Below, piece by piece: positions 26,089-34,901 of a stretch of DNA of 60,689 nt. The notes under the pieces were generated by a model, which made no database searches, was not told the DNA's origin, and worked only from the letters and a program-made list of their open reading frames with translations. Position 1 is the stretch's first letter. Every line of letters starts with the position of its first letter. This DNA is from a virus (taxonomy: Duplodnaviria > Heunggongvirae > Uroviricota > Caudoviricetes). Position numbers and translations under genes: made by a program. The stretch is from positions 64,001-124,689 of the IMG/VR virus record IMGVR_UViG_3300042922_000286; one strand, given 5' to 3'.

Positions 26089-26621
26089 AGGATCAATTGC
26101 ATACGTTCAGAGGCGGTGTAACTACGTTTACGAACACGGTTACTCCCGTAGTTAACAAAGTGATGTTTAACAAACCGCGTAACGGGTTGTGGACTAGTAC
26201 GTATAGTGAGAGTGTAGGCAGCAGGTGGATGGATTGGTGTATAGGCGAGAGCTTCTCCGTCCCTGAAAATGGTGTGTGGAAAGGTGTTATATTAACGCCC
26301 GCCGCGGACGCTAAAGTACTCGTTATTGACAGCGCGCAAGACCTTACAGAAGTGCTGTCGTGGGCATCTATTGTTTACCCTGAGTTTAGTGTATTTGGGT
26401 CGTTTATTGACTTCGAAAAGGTCTCCACAAAGTACGATGCGATCAACCTTACACACGAAGGGCAGCAGCGAACTCGATTTGTTGATTTTGGGAATATGTA
26501 CGGGTGGGACTGCGAGTCTACTATCTGGTTCAGGTGGAAGTTTGACAGTGTTCGCCCTGTTACGCTGACCACGGAGGGTTACGAGGTCAAGCAAATCGAG
26601 TACGGGGAGGTTACACTGTGA
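26085..26621 (+). CDS. Hypothetical protein, possible ADP-ribosyltransferase-like fold
   Basis: HTFRG...NKPRNGLWTST...VLVIDS...YDAINLT...GWDCEST pattern. Confidence 0.4.
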   Translation: MKDQLHTFRGGVTTFTNTVTPVVNKVMFNKPRNGLWTSTYSESVGSRWMDWCIGESFSVPENGVWKGVILTPAADAKVLVIDSAQDLTEVLSWASIVYPEFSVFGSFIDFEKVSTKYDAINLTHEGQQRTRFVDFGNMYGWDCESTIWFRWKFDSVRPVTLTTEGYEVKQIEYGEVTL

Positions 26622-26986
26622 ATAGTAATAAAAATATGTCCAATGCTGAATTGTTGGAAAAGCTTGAAAGTTTAGCGGAAAACAAAGAAACCGCACCAAA
26701 TTCGCAAGCTCATGATGAGTATTGCGAAGAAATTGCCGATGTTAAGCGCGAAGTACTATCGCGCATGGAGGGAAGTACGGGCGTTTCGGCGGGGGCTAAG
26801 TTTGAGTATGGCTACCTTTACCGCAACCAGCGTTATAAGTGGACGTTATCTAGGGTAAGTGAACTTAAATCAGATAACGAGTTAGATGCTTTAACGGAAC
26901 TGGACGCCTTAAATGAATTGGGCGCACAAGGTTGGGAACTGGCTGCACTCACGGGAGCTACACTCGTCATGAAACGTCATAAATAA
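26618..26986 (+). CDS. Protein with a C-terminal DUF4177-like segment
   Basis: FEYGYL...LNELGAQGWELAA. Confidence 0.55.
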   Translation: MNSNKNMSNAELLEKLESLAENKETAPNSQAHDEYCEEIADVKREVLSRMEGSTGVSAGAKFEYGYLYRNQRYKWTLSRVSELKSDNELDALTELDALNELGAQGWELAALTGATLVMKRHK

Positions 26987-27018
26987 AGTGTGAGTTCGAT
27001 TGAGAGTGAGGGAGTGTA

Positions 27019-27255
27019 TTGAAGGATAAAATAAAATATTTTGGGATAGAAGCATTGCCTATCCATAAGGAGATATGCGGATATTTGATTGACAATGATA
27101 TAACCTTTCATTGTTATAATGGCGGTTTGAAGATGATTCAAATTGAAAAAGTTCAGCCATTAGCGAAAGGTGATTTTATCGGGGCTATTGCAGACATATT
27201 TAATCTCGTTGAAAATCGCAGGGGCAAGGATACAATTTACTACAAGTCTAAATAA
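27019..27255 (+). CDS. Hypothetical protein (78 aa)
   Basis: SD GAGGGAG, TTG start. Confidence 0.55.
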   Translation: MKDKIKYFGIEALPIHKEICGYLIDNDITFHCYNGGLKMIQIEKVQPLAKGDFIGAIADIFNLVENRRGKDTIYYKSK

Positions 27256-27277
27256 AATATGACTTCAATTTACCCTG

Positions 27278-27306
27278 AGTCTCTTTAACTAGAGGCTCTT
27301 TTTTTG
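27278..27306 (+). terminator. Intrinsic terminator
   Basis: GAGTCTCT-N6-AGAGGCTC followed by a T-run. Confidence 0.7.
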
Positions 27307-27374
27307 TTTGTAACCCCATCTAAACCATGGTTTGTTTAGTGCGTATAGAAAAAACAAGGAGGTACGTGGATAAA

Positions 27375-27827
27375 ATGGTCAAGAAGGTTTTGGATAAAAC
27401 TTGGGGTTATGCTGTTGGTATTATTTCAGTTGTTCTTATGAACACCTCCCAGTGGGAGTGGGGTATTGCTCTTTACATTACGCTTTTGTCTTTTATATTT
27501 GGCTTGCACAATCGTTTATTATTCAAAATTACGTGGCTAACACGCAAACCCCGCCGCCTTTTGCATTGGTGGTTTGGCCGTAAGTGGTATTGGGCATACC
27601 GCGGCGGCATTGTAAAAGTTGTCATTCGTGAACGTGATCACCCTACGCTGTGGTCTGCCATGGAGTACCGCAAATGGTCTGACGGCAAGCGTGGGTTTAA
27701 TTATTTTAGCGCCTCCCGTGATTCATTTCACCGCACCAAGGATGAAGCTATCAAGGCACTAGTTACTCTGCGCGATTATGAAGCAAATGCTATACGTACA
27801 TTCCACGAAGGGAGGTGCAAGCGTTGA
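27375..27827 (+). CDS. Hypothetical membrane protein
   Basis: Two N-terminal hydrophobic segments; SD AAGGAGGT. Confidence 0.55.
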   Translation: MVKKVLDKTWGYAVGIISVVLMNTSQWEWGIALYITLLSFIFGLHNRLLFKITWLTRKPRRLLHWWFGRKWYWAYRGGIVKVVIRERDHPTLWSAMEYRKWSDGKRGFNYFSASRDSFHRTKDEAIKALVTLRDYEANAIRTFHEGRCKR

Positions 27828-28150
27828 GAAATCAAGAGCTTGTGGTTGAGTTCATACGTGGCGCTACTGAGGGTATAAACCATAGTCGTACTCTTGGTAT
27901 TTATGGTGATGAATTGGTGCATTACGAAACTGTGATCGCCCGCCGCGTCAGTAACGGTATTATGGTGTCTGAGCGTTACTACTCACCTACCACCAACCGT
28001 ATTACCCAATGTATCAGACTGGAGTACATTGGTGTTATTTATTGGGTACCGCATGTGCGGCTCAACGATAGTGAATACCGTAAGCTTGATTATGGAGCCA
28101 AGCTTGATTATGACCCTAACAAGGGTGTTGACCCTATATTCAGACTCTAG
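27824..28150 (+). CDS. Hypothetical protein (~108 aa)
   Basis: SD GGGAGGT, TTG start, coupled with the upstream stop. Confidence 0.55.
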   Translation: MRNQELVVEFIRGATEGINHSRTLGIYGDELVHYETVIARRVSNGIMVSERYYSPTTNRITQCIRLEYIGVIYWVPHVRLNDSEYRKLDYGAKLDYDPNKGVDPIFRL

Positions 28151-28161
28151 GAGGCACGAAA

Positions 28162-28572
28162 ATGGACAAAGTAGCGGTATTAAAGGGCATTGGCGCTAAC
28201 GAGATAGTCATTATTGGCATGGTATTCCCCACATTGGAGGCTGGCGAAGCTTACATGGATGCGGCATTCAAGCCATATGAAGGTAAAATGATCGCAACGT
28301 TCCAGTATGTTAATAAAGAGCGTGTCTCGGTGGAAGTTCCTTTGTTCGCTAAGAAACACGGAGAGAGGGACGGGTCCCGATTCATTAGATACTCTTATCA
28401 GGATGACAACATCATGAAAGATGGGCGCGACGAGGAAACTGGAACGGACAACGGTGGCAGCTTCGCAGAGAACTTCTTCACCAGTTATTACGACGGGTGC
28501 GGTGGCTGCTACACCCTTGTACTTGAAGAAGTACCGTTTGGTAAGCCTTTGGTTCCGTTCAATCTTGACTAG
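28162..28572 (+). CDS. Hypothetical protein (136 aa)
   Basis: SD AGGAGG. Confidence 0.65.
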   Translation: MDKVAVLKGIGANEIVIIGMVFPTLEAGEAYMDAAFKPYEGKMIATFQYVNKERVSVEVPLFAKKHGERDGSRFIRYSYQDDNIMKDGRDEETGTDNGGSFAENFFTSYYDGCGGCYTLVLEEVPFGKPLVPFNLD

Positions 28573-28588
28573 AGAGGGGCACATATGA

Positions 28589-28795
28589 ATGTCAGGATTT
28601 TGGGATAGTCGCAAAGGCATGAAGGATTTCGCAATAGTTAGTATCGACACCAAAAAGGTATTAAAGCATGTATCCATATTTCATGTAAGAACCACCATAC
28701 GTAGGTACTCCGCTTTAGGCATCGATAGTGAGGAGCAAGTATATTACCCTTGCTGTAACCGCTTGGTTGATTGCTCGTGCGGTCAGTATCAGTAA
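28589..28795 (+). CDS. Hypothetical protein (68 aa)
   Basis: ORF track; SD AGAGGGG nearby. Confidence 0.35.
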   Translation: MSGFWDSRKGMKDFAIVSIDTKKVLKHVSIFHVRTTIRRYSALGIDSEEQVYYPCCNRLVDCSCGQYQ

Positions 28796-29103
28796 GTTAT
28801 ATCTTATCTTTGGGTGAGCCGCCCTGCGCGGCTCTAAAAGTAATGCGGCTAATGACAGTCCCAAGCCTGTACAAAACGCAGAGGGTACCTGATTCAGGAA
28901 GGAAGATTAACATAGAAGAAAATTTGGTAGGTAAGTTCGTGGAAGTGGTTGAGGATTCACTTACAAATAACAAGCCCATGATGACGTGGGATGAGTTCTA
29001 TGACCTGTGCGAGGTTCCTGCATCTGATCGCACAGACATCGGCACCGCCGCCATCCTCAACCAAGCAACCCCCGTGCTGCGTGAGAAGGGATACAACGTG
29101 TAA
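28771..29103 (+). CDS. Hypothetical protein, start uncertain
   Basis: Co-oriented ORF with no clear SD at the annotated start. Confidence 0.3.
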   Translation: MLVRSVSVSYILSLGEPPCAALKVMRLMTVPSLYKTQRVPDSGRKINIEENLVGKFVEVVEDSLTNNKPMMTWDEFYDLCEVPASDRTDIGTAAILNQATPVLREKGYNV

Positions 29104-29170
29104 TGACTGCTGTGTTGTATGTATTGGACTCATCCAAATCGGTCAGCAGCTAACAAAAGGAGGTGAGTCA

Positions 29171-29341
29171 GTGGAGTTTAGACACGAAAATGGAAGAATC
29201 TACGGCAAGCTTTCTAACAGCGGAGAGTGGGCAGATATTACGGATAGCCTATTACCTGCTGTCAATGACTACCTTGATTACCGATTTGAATTAATAACAG
29301 GCGTCCGCCCAAATAAAAAGGAGAATCGTACAAGTGAATAA
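29171..29341 (+). CDS. Hypothetical protein (56 aa)
   Basis: SD AGGAGGTG before GTG 29171. Confidence 0.55.
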   Translation: MEFRHENGRIYGKLSNSGEWADITDSLLPAVNDYLDYRFELITGVRPNKKENRTSE

Positions 29342-30137
29342 CGCGAATAAGAATATGCTTGCTCACATCACAGACCTTGTAAACGAAGGCAATCTTATTT
29401 TTGCATGTAACCACAGAACGAGTCAAAAATACTATCTCGAACGTGGCAAGAATGATTTTCTGGCACATGTTGAAGTAGGACTGCGCTATCATGACCGCTA
29501 CAGTAAATATGTGTTTGAAGACTGCTACTGCTTTGAGTGCGGTAAGACGGTACGTTACCGCCTCGAAGACAATAAGCTTGTTCCCAACAAGGAAGAGTGC
29601 TTTCGTCAATCTGAAGTTGTGGTAGATATTAACGTGCCATCTGGTAATTTGATATTCGCGGACTGGTTGAAGTATGGAAGGGAAGTCCTTGAGTATTTGG
29701 ATGACGACGGCGAAAGTATCAACTGTACCAAAGGTATTGTGCAGCGTATAGATAGATATGCTACTGAAAATGTTCTTCATGTGTTCGTCGGTAACACCTG
29801 CCCGAGCATCTATATGAAGGACGGTGTGCTATCCGTAGGTAATAACGCCTATGACGAGGACGACAATGAAATACCGCTTGTTCCCGGCGGCAATAACATA
29901 GGGTCAGTATGTACTGACCTGTGGTGGGTCACTGCTATTGACCGTTCGATCTATGAGTCTATGTTGGCCGCCGCTTACGGTGAGGATGAAGTAGAGAACA
30001 AGATTGCCGAGGTCATCAAGGATGCAGATGTTGTCACCAAAGTCGAACCCGGCATGTATAGGTGTCGCTATAACACGAAGTCTAGCGATGATGGTGAGAG
30101 TAGGCTATATGTCACAATGGAAAGGCTGGTGCATTAA
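29334..30137 (+). CDS. Hypothetical protein (267 aa)
   Basis: SD AAGGAG; contains CFEC and HVFVGNTCP. Confidence 0.7.
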   Translation: MNNANKNMLAHITDLVNEGNLIFACNHRTSQKYYLERGKNDFLAHVEVGLRYHDRYSKYVFEDCYCFECGKTVRYRLEDNKLVPNKEECFRQSEVVVDINVPSGNLIFADWLKYGREVLEYLDDDGESINCTKGIVQRIDRYATENVLHVFVGNTCPSIYMKDGVLSVGNNAYDEDDNEIPLVPGGNNIGSVCTDLWWVTAIDRSIYESMLAAAYGEDEVENKIAEVIKDADVVTKVEPGMYRCRYNTKSSDDGESRLYVTMERLVH

Positions 30138-30386
30138 ATGGCGCAGTGGGGTAATGAACAATCCAGAGTATTGAAAGGACTTGACCTCATCAATCACCAC
30201 ATCGAAGAGGTCGAGGAAGAGTTGACTCCACTCAAGGTCGAAGCGATTCAACTGCTCGGCAAGGGCAGAAAGCCAATCACGGCCAAGATATTGGCGGCGA
30301 AAGCTACCCACTTGGGTATGTATCACGATTTCCTTGTACAGTTGCGCGAGGAATATATCAGGGAAAGAGAGGAGGCGGCGCGGTGA
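30138..30386 (+). CDS. Hypothetical helical protein (82 aa)
   Basis: Abuts the upstream stop. Confidence 0.55.
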   Translation: MAQWGNEQSRVLKGLDLINHHIEEVEEELTPLKVEAIQLLGKGRKPITAKILAAKATHLGMYHDFLVQLREEYIREREEAAR

Positions 30387-30664
30387 TTAAACAAGTCAAC
30401 GCTTTCGATACCGGGATTTTGAAGAAGGGCAAGGGCATCGTGGTTACTGAGAAAGCCAAGAGCGCGAAGCCCTTGGTATACCATGCACTCATCCTTGAAT
30501 GTAAGCTGCTTGCTCTGGAAGTGGCGTATGTACAAGACAGCGTTGTGGATACAAGAATTATCAAACCCAACGATGTAGCCGATGGGGAGGTCAAATTGCA
30601 GTTGATGATTCCTTACAAGGAACATGCTCCTGCTGTTAACGCTACGGAGGTGTCCGCGAAATGA
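30383..30664 (+). CDS. Hypothetical protein (93 aa)
   Basis: SD GGAGG, 4-bp overlap. Confidence 0.55.
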   Translation: MIKQVNAFDTGILKKGKGIVVTEKAKSAKPLVYHALILECKLLALEVAYVQDSVVDTRIIKPNDVADGEVKLQLMIPYKEHAPAVNATEVSAK

Positions 30665-31014
30665 CAGCCGCAGATATGGCCTTTTACAGGTGCAAGCCTT
30701 TGTCCTGCACGATTGGTTCATACCCTTTTATCAGCGCTGTTGTTCCTAAGTCATTCAAGCTGAAAACCAACGAGAATCTCAAACATGTCATGGTCATCCT
30801 CAATTTCGAAGGACTCAAGGCGGTCGTAATTGGATGCAGAGATCAAGTAGTCCAATACATACGCGACAGATATGAAGAGGACGTGTACGAAGTGTCCAAC
30901 AGTATTGAGCAAGCCACCGGGTTTGTTACTAAGCATGAATTGCTTAGGTACTACGGTAGCCGGTTCGACGGCGTACGTGCCAATTATTTTAATCTGTATG
31001 ACGGAGGATATTAA
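30661..31014 (+). CDS. Hypothetical protein (117 aa)
   Basis: SD GGAGGT, 4-bp overlap. Confidence 0.55.
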   Translation: MTAADMAFYRCKPLSCTIGSYPFISAVVPKSFKLKTNENLKHVMVILNFEGLKAVVIGCRDQVVQYIRDRYEEDVYEVSNSIEQATGFVTKHELLRYYGSRFDGVRANYFNLYDGGY

Positions 31015-31015
31015 G

Positions 31016-31387
31016 ATGCACCATCTGACAGTTGAATGGGCGACCTTCTTTGGGGAGGTCGCCGCCAACGGCCTCTCGATTAATGGTACTGTGCAGTACG
31101 GTTCTCGGTTTTGCTGTTTGGCGTTTGGCGAGGTCGGAAAGTCCATCATCATGGTAGTGGGTACGCCATCGAGTGTGACAACGTACATTAACGCACACGA
31201 TCACGCAACGCTTGTCTATGGACAGCCAGAGGTACATTGCAAAGGGTTTATTTACGCCTATGAATTGGCGGACCATATGGATTCGTACCGTTGGGAATAC
31301 GACAAGACCTCAATCGGCGTGGTTAACTTGCTGACTAACAAAAACTACATGGTGAGGGAAAAAAGAAAATCTGAGATCGCGGTCTAA
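31016..31387 (+). CDS. Hypothetical protein (123 aa)
   Basis: SD GGAGG before ATG 31016. Confidence 0.55.
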   Translation: MHHLTVEWATFFGEVAANGLSINGTVQYGSRFCCLAFGEVGKSIIMVVGTPSSVTTYINAHDHATLVYGQPEVHCKGFIYAYELADHMDSYRWEYDKTSIGVVNLLTNKNYMVREKRKSEIAV

Positions 31388-31394
31388 ACAATGG

Positions 31395-31417
31395 TATAGG
31401 TACCACGTATATAGAAT
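31395..31417 (+). promoter_or_regulatory. Operator/promoter copy TATAGGTACCACGTATATAGAAT
   Basis: Near-identical to 16510-16532; lies upstream of the GGCT-amidoligase block. Confidence 0.55.
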
Positions 31418-31444
31418 GTGAAGGACGAAATAGGAGGCGGCACC

Positions 31445-31618
31445 ATGTTGGATAACATTACAGGTACTTGGTGGTTTAATACGATCGGCTTGGTCCTTTT
31501 CATATTTGCCATCGGTGTCCCCTTAAAGTACTTGATCTTCGGTTACACAGAAGTTGAATACGTGACGGAGATCGAAGTTCTTGTAGAAAGAAAGGTTGGT
31601 GTAGCTAATGCCTCGTAA
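31445..31618 (+). CDS. Small membrane protein (57 aa)
   Basis: SD AGGAGG; one hydrophobic helix. Confidence 0.55.
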   Translation: MLDNITGTWWFNTIGLVLFIFAIGVPLKYLIFGYTEVEYVTEIEVLVERKVGVANAS

Positions 31619-32081
31619 GAGAGCAAAACTCAACTCTCGGCGGGTGCCTCGGTCCTACTATCAGGACGAGGACTTTCAGGAATACTTGCCAGCCTTCGTG
31701 TACGGGACGTTACGGGTAGGCTTCGGCAACTATCGTTCGCTGCTACAAGGAAATGTGGATCAGATCGTCCCCGGTTCTGTTCGCGGAATCATACATGCAG
31801 TAATGGGTAACAGAGGCTTCCCTTGCCTATTCGATGAGGAAGGTACTGTAAAGGGCGAATTGATGTATATAAAGCGCGATCGCTACATAGAGGTTATGTT
31901 CGATCTGGACATGTTGGAAGGCAATGGCTTTATGTACCAACGACGCAAAACAACGGTAACAACCGAAAACGGCGAATCTGTTACTGCTTGGGCTTATTAC
32001 TGGATGGGCAGCAAGAGACAGATAGGACTGTTCATTCGAAGCGGCGACTGGAAAGCACATGTCATTGCACAGCAAGGGTAA
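31608..32081 (+). CDS. Gamma-glutamylcyclotransferase (AIG2-like) family protein
   Basis: FVYGTLR.G..N, VKGEL, LDMLEG...YQR, AWAY. Confidence 0.88.
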   Translation: MPRKRAKLNSRRVPRSYYQDEDFQEYLPAFVYGTLRVGFGNYRSLLQGNVDQIVPGSVRGIIHAVMGNRGFPCLFDEEGTVKGELMYIKRDRYIEVMFDLDMLEGNGFMYQRRKTTVTTENGESVTAWAYYWMGSKRQIGLFIRSGDWKAHVIAQQG

Positions 32082-32191
32082 TGACAAATACTGAAAAAGT
32101 TTGAGATCTGCTTACAGCCTATCGTTTGTGAGGATAGGTTGTTGGGAGTACTCAAACTCCAACAATACCATCGAGTAGGAGTTGATAGGAA

Positions 32192-33493
32192 ATGCCCGCA
32201 ATAACAAACTCTGTTGTGGGGGTAGTGACCTGCACTTGCGGCGTAGAAGTCGATAGGTCACATACGCTTATTGTACGGCGGGAAAGTAGGGAAAGTCATG
32301 TGTGCTTTACATGCTTACTGCACGACTACGTACCCTGCTCTTGTGGTTCTATGGTAGTGCGTTCGGAAGCCGTTATACATGACGGTGAATCGTACTGCCC
32401 TGAATGCTCCCGTAACCACTTCTTTCTTAGTATTCATGACCGACGCCAACGTTATCATCGTTCGCGGCTGGTTGAGGACAGCTATGGTAATTTCTTACTA
32501 TCCTCCTTGCTTGAAGGCGATCCGCCCGAATATGTTCGGTGCGAGGCATCTGGTCACTTTGTACCACATGTGGATGCTGTATTCAGAGAAAACAAGTACT
32601 ACCATCCAAGTCATGTACCGGTACGCCATAAGGTTCACCGCTACAGTCACAAGCCTGAACCTATCTTCCACGGCAGCAAACATGATCATTTGAAGATCGG
32701 CTTGGAGTTGGAGATCGAGCGCGGTGGGTACGATAACAGGGTGTGTGATAAGATACTAGAAATTGTACACCCTGAGGGTGTGATTGACGCCGATTCAATC
32801 ATGTATGGTAAGACGGACTCATCTATTAACAATGGCTTTGAGATTGTTACCCATCCTTGCACGTTCGCCTTTCACATGCAAAATATCCCTTGGGGTGCAT
32901 TACTTCAAAAGGCAGAGGAGCTAAGTTTCAATCCCAACCCAACCAGTTGTGGCCTTCACCTCCACTTGTCTCGCAGGTATTGGGGACAGTCAGAGACACG
33001 GCAAGATGTTGGTATCATGAAACTCCTATTCTTGGTTGAGCGCTATTGGGACAAACTTTTGAAATTCTCCCGCCGCACTCAAGAGCAGGTAGATCGATGG
33101 GCAAGCCGATACGGTATGCGGAACACTCCAAAGGAGATTCTGGACTATGCCAAGAGCGGGCAAGGCAGGTACAAGGCGGTCAACTTGGAAAATCCACATA
33201 CGGTCGAATTGAGACTGTTCCGTGGTACTCTTGACCCTAAAGTACTGCGGGCAACTATCCAGTTGTGCTTTGTCCTTGCTCAGGTGAGTAAGGGAACCAC
33301 GGTGGAGGGCATAGTGGCACTTACTTGGAATGACCTGTGTGAAAAATTTCACGATCACAGCGAATTGTGGGATTACCTTGGGGATCTTGGTCTTCAACGG
33401 GAGTTGAGCCGGGAAGAACAAAGGGTAGCGGACGATCAATACTTGGTATCCCAAATCGTTAACTCAGTAATTCCTGCCCCTGCCTACTTCTAG
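32192..33493 (+). CDS. Amidoligase (glutamine-synthetase-like COOH-NH2 ligase) with N-terminal Zn-ribbons, paralog 1
   Basis: IGLELEIE, DSSINNGFEIVTHP, CGLHLHLS, RYKAVNL, VELRLFRGTL. Confidence 0.82.
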   Translation: MPAITNSVVGVVTCTCGVEVDRSHTLIVRRESRESHVCFTCLLHDYVPCSCGSMVVRSEAVIHDGESYCPECSRNHFFLSIHDRRQRYHRSRLVEDSYGNFLLSSLLEGDPPEYVRCEASGHFVPHVDAVFRENKYYHPSHVPVRHKVHRYSHKPEPIFHGSKHDHLKIGLELEIERGGYDNRVCDKILEIVHPEGVIDADSIMYGKTDSSINNGFEIVTHPCTFAFHMQNIPWGALLQKAEELSFNPNPTSCGLHLHLSRRYWGQSETRQDVGIMKLLFLVERYWDKLLKFSRRTQEQVDRWASRYGMRNTPKEILDYAKSGQGRYKAVNLENPHTVELRLFRGTLDPKVLRATIQLCFVLAQVSKGTTVEGIVALTWNDLCEKFHDHSELWDYLGDLGLQRELSREEQRVADDQYLVSQIVNSVIPAPAYF

Positions 33494-33614
33494 TAGAGTC
33501 GAGCAGAGCAGAGCTAAGAGAGAAATGTTAGAGCTGTCATAGAGGCACATCCATCCTTGGGTGAGCTTATTCGGAATGCCAAAAAAATGCCTATGAGCAA
33601 AGGAGACATATCAA

Positions 33615-34817
33615 ATGTGCGGATTATACGGAGTTATTCAATACGGTAAAGGTAATGCAAGCAAGGTCGCCAACGTGAAGGTACTGGTAGAGAAGTTGGC
33701 ACATGGGGCGGCTGTTCGGGGTACTCACGCTACGGGTATCGCCTACGTAAATACCAAGAAGGACATGGTTATCGACAAGGCACCTGAGGCGTCTTACCGA
33801 TTCAACGGTTACAACAAGATTCCTGCTGCCTCCCGTACGATTATGGGTCACACCCGCCACACTACGCAAGGCTCCGAGAAGAAAAATTACAACAACCATC
33901 CGTTCCTTGGCTTGGCGGGCAACAAACCGTTCGCCTTCGCCCATAACGGGGTGCTCGATAACGATAATGAACTTCAACGGACATGGAACCTGCCTGAAAC
34001 GAAGATCGAAACTGACTCCTTCGTAGGGGTGCAGTTGATCGAGAAGCAAGGCAAGCTGAACATGGAGTCGGTTAAATGGATGGCCGAGCAAGTTGAAGGC
34101 ATGTTCTGCTTCACCATCGTTGACCACAAGCAGCAGTTATGGGTTATCAAGAACGACTCGCCTATGAACATTGTTCATTTGAAGAGTATGGAAATGTACG
34201 TGTACGCTTCGACGGCGGACATTCTCCACGAAGCGCTGCTTGGTTTCACGCCGACACGCTCCTTAGTACTAGACATCCTGCGTGGTAGAAAACAAGCTGC
34301 CGACGAAATCGAGTACATCGAGCCTGTGGCGGGCGACATCCTGCTCTTTAAGCAAGACGGGACAATTGAGAAGGAGCGCTTCTCTCCGCAAGAGCGTTTC
34401 AGCAAGTACCAAAATCGCTGGCTGAAACAGCAAGCGAATGGCGGCGCGACAACAGTATCGAGCTTCGATTCTGACGACTGGTACTACAGTACCTCGGGAA
34501 ACTACAGTCGGGGGCATGGAACATATGGGACTAGATATAGTACCACCACATCCATTGCCTCCGTGACGACGCAGAACCGGGTTGCTGCTTTGACTGACGG
34601 CAGCACCAAGGAGGGGCAGAAAAGTAATAACGCCTCTTGGTACGGCGACTATCTCAAGGGATATGCACACTCCCTCGGTCACGCTGATGAAATCATTGAC
34701 CAACTTCGTGAAAAGGGCGCTCAGTTCGACGAAATAGAGGATGCTCTGTATATGAACGATCTCGAAACCCTCTGCACGACCTTTGAAGTACCTATGACGA
34801 ACACTATCGTGTTATAG
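33615..34817 (+). CDS. Class II (Ntn) glutamine amidotransferase with a low-complexity C-terminal extension
   Basis: MCG N-terminal Cys, RGTHATG, GHTRHTT, NNHPF, AHNGVL, TDS. Confidence 0.9.
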   Translation: MCGLYGVIQYGKGNASKVANVKVLVEKLAHGAAVRGTHATGIAYVNTKKDMVIDKAPEASYRFNGYNKIPAASRTIMGHTRHTTQGSEKKNYNNHPFLGLAGNKPFAFAHNGVLDNDNELQRTWNLPETKIETDSFVGVQLIEKQGKLNMESVKWMAEQVEGMFCFTIVDHKQQLWVIKNDSPMNIVHLKSMEMYVYASTADILHEALLGFTPTRSLVLDILRGRKQAADEIEYIEPVAGDILLFKQDGTIEKERFSPQERFSKYQNRWLKQQANGGATTVSSFDSDDWYYSTSGNYSRGHGTYGTRYSTTTSIASVTTQNRVAALTDGSTKEGQKSNNASWYGDYLKGYAHSLGHADEIIDQLREKGAQFDEIEDALYMNDLETLCTTFEVPMTNTIVL

Positions 34818-34901
34818 GTTGCTAGGGTGTCTGACCTTAACGGGTCAGGCACTCCCATGGAGCCTATAACTCCGCTAATACCTTTGAGTAGGAGGCTGGC
34901 T

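Noticed and set aside
34827-34901. 25-aa N-terminal extension of amidoligase 2
   Set aside because: The SD AGGAGG positions the start at ATG 34902
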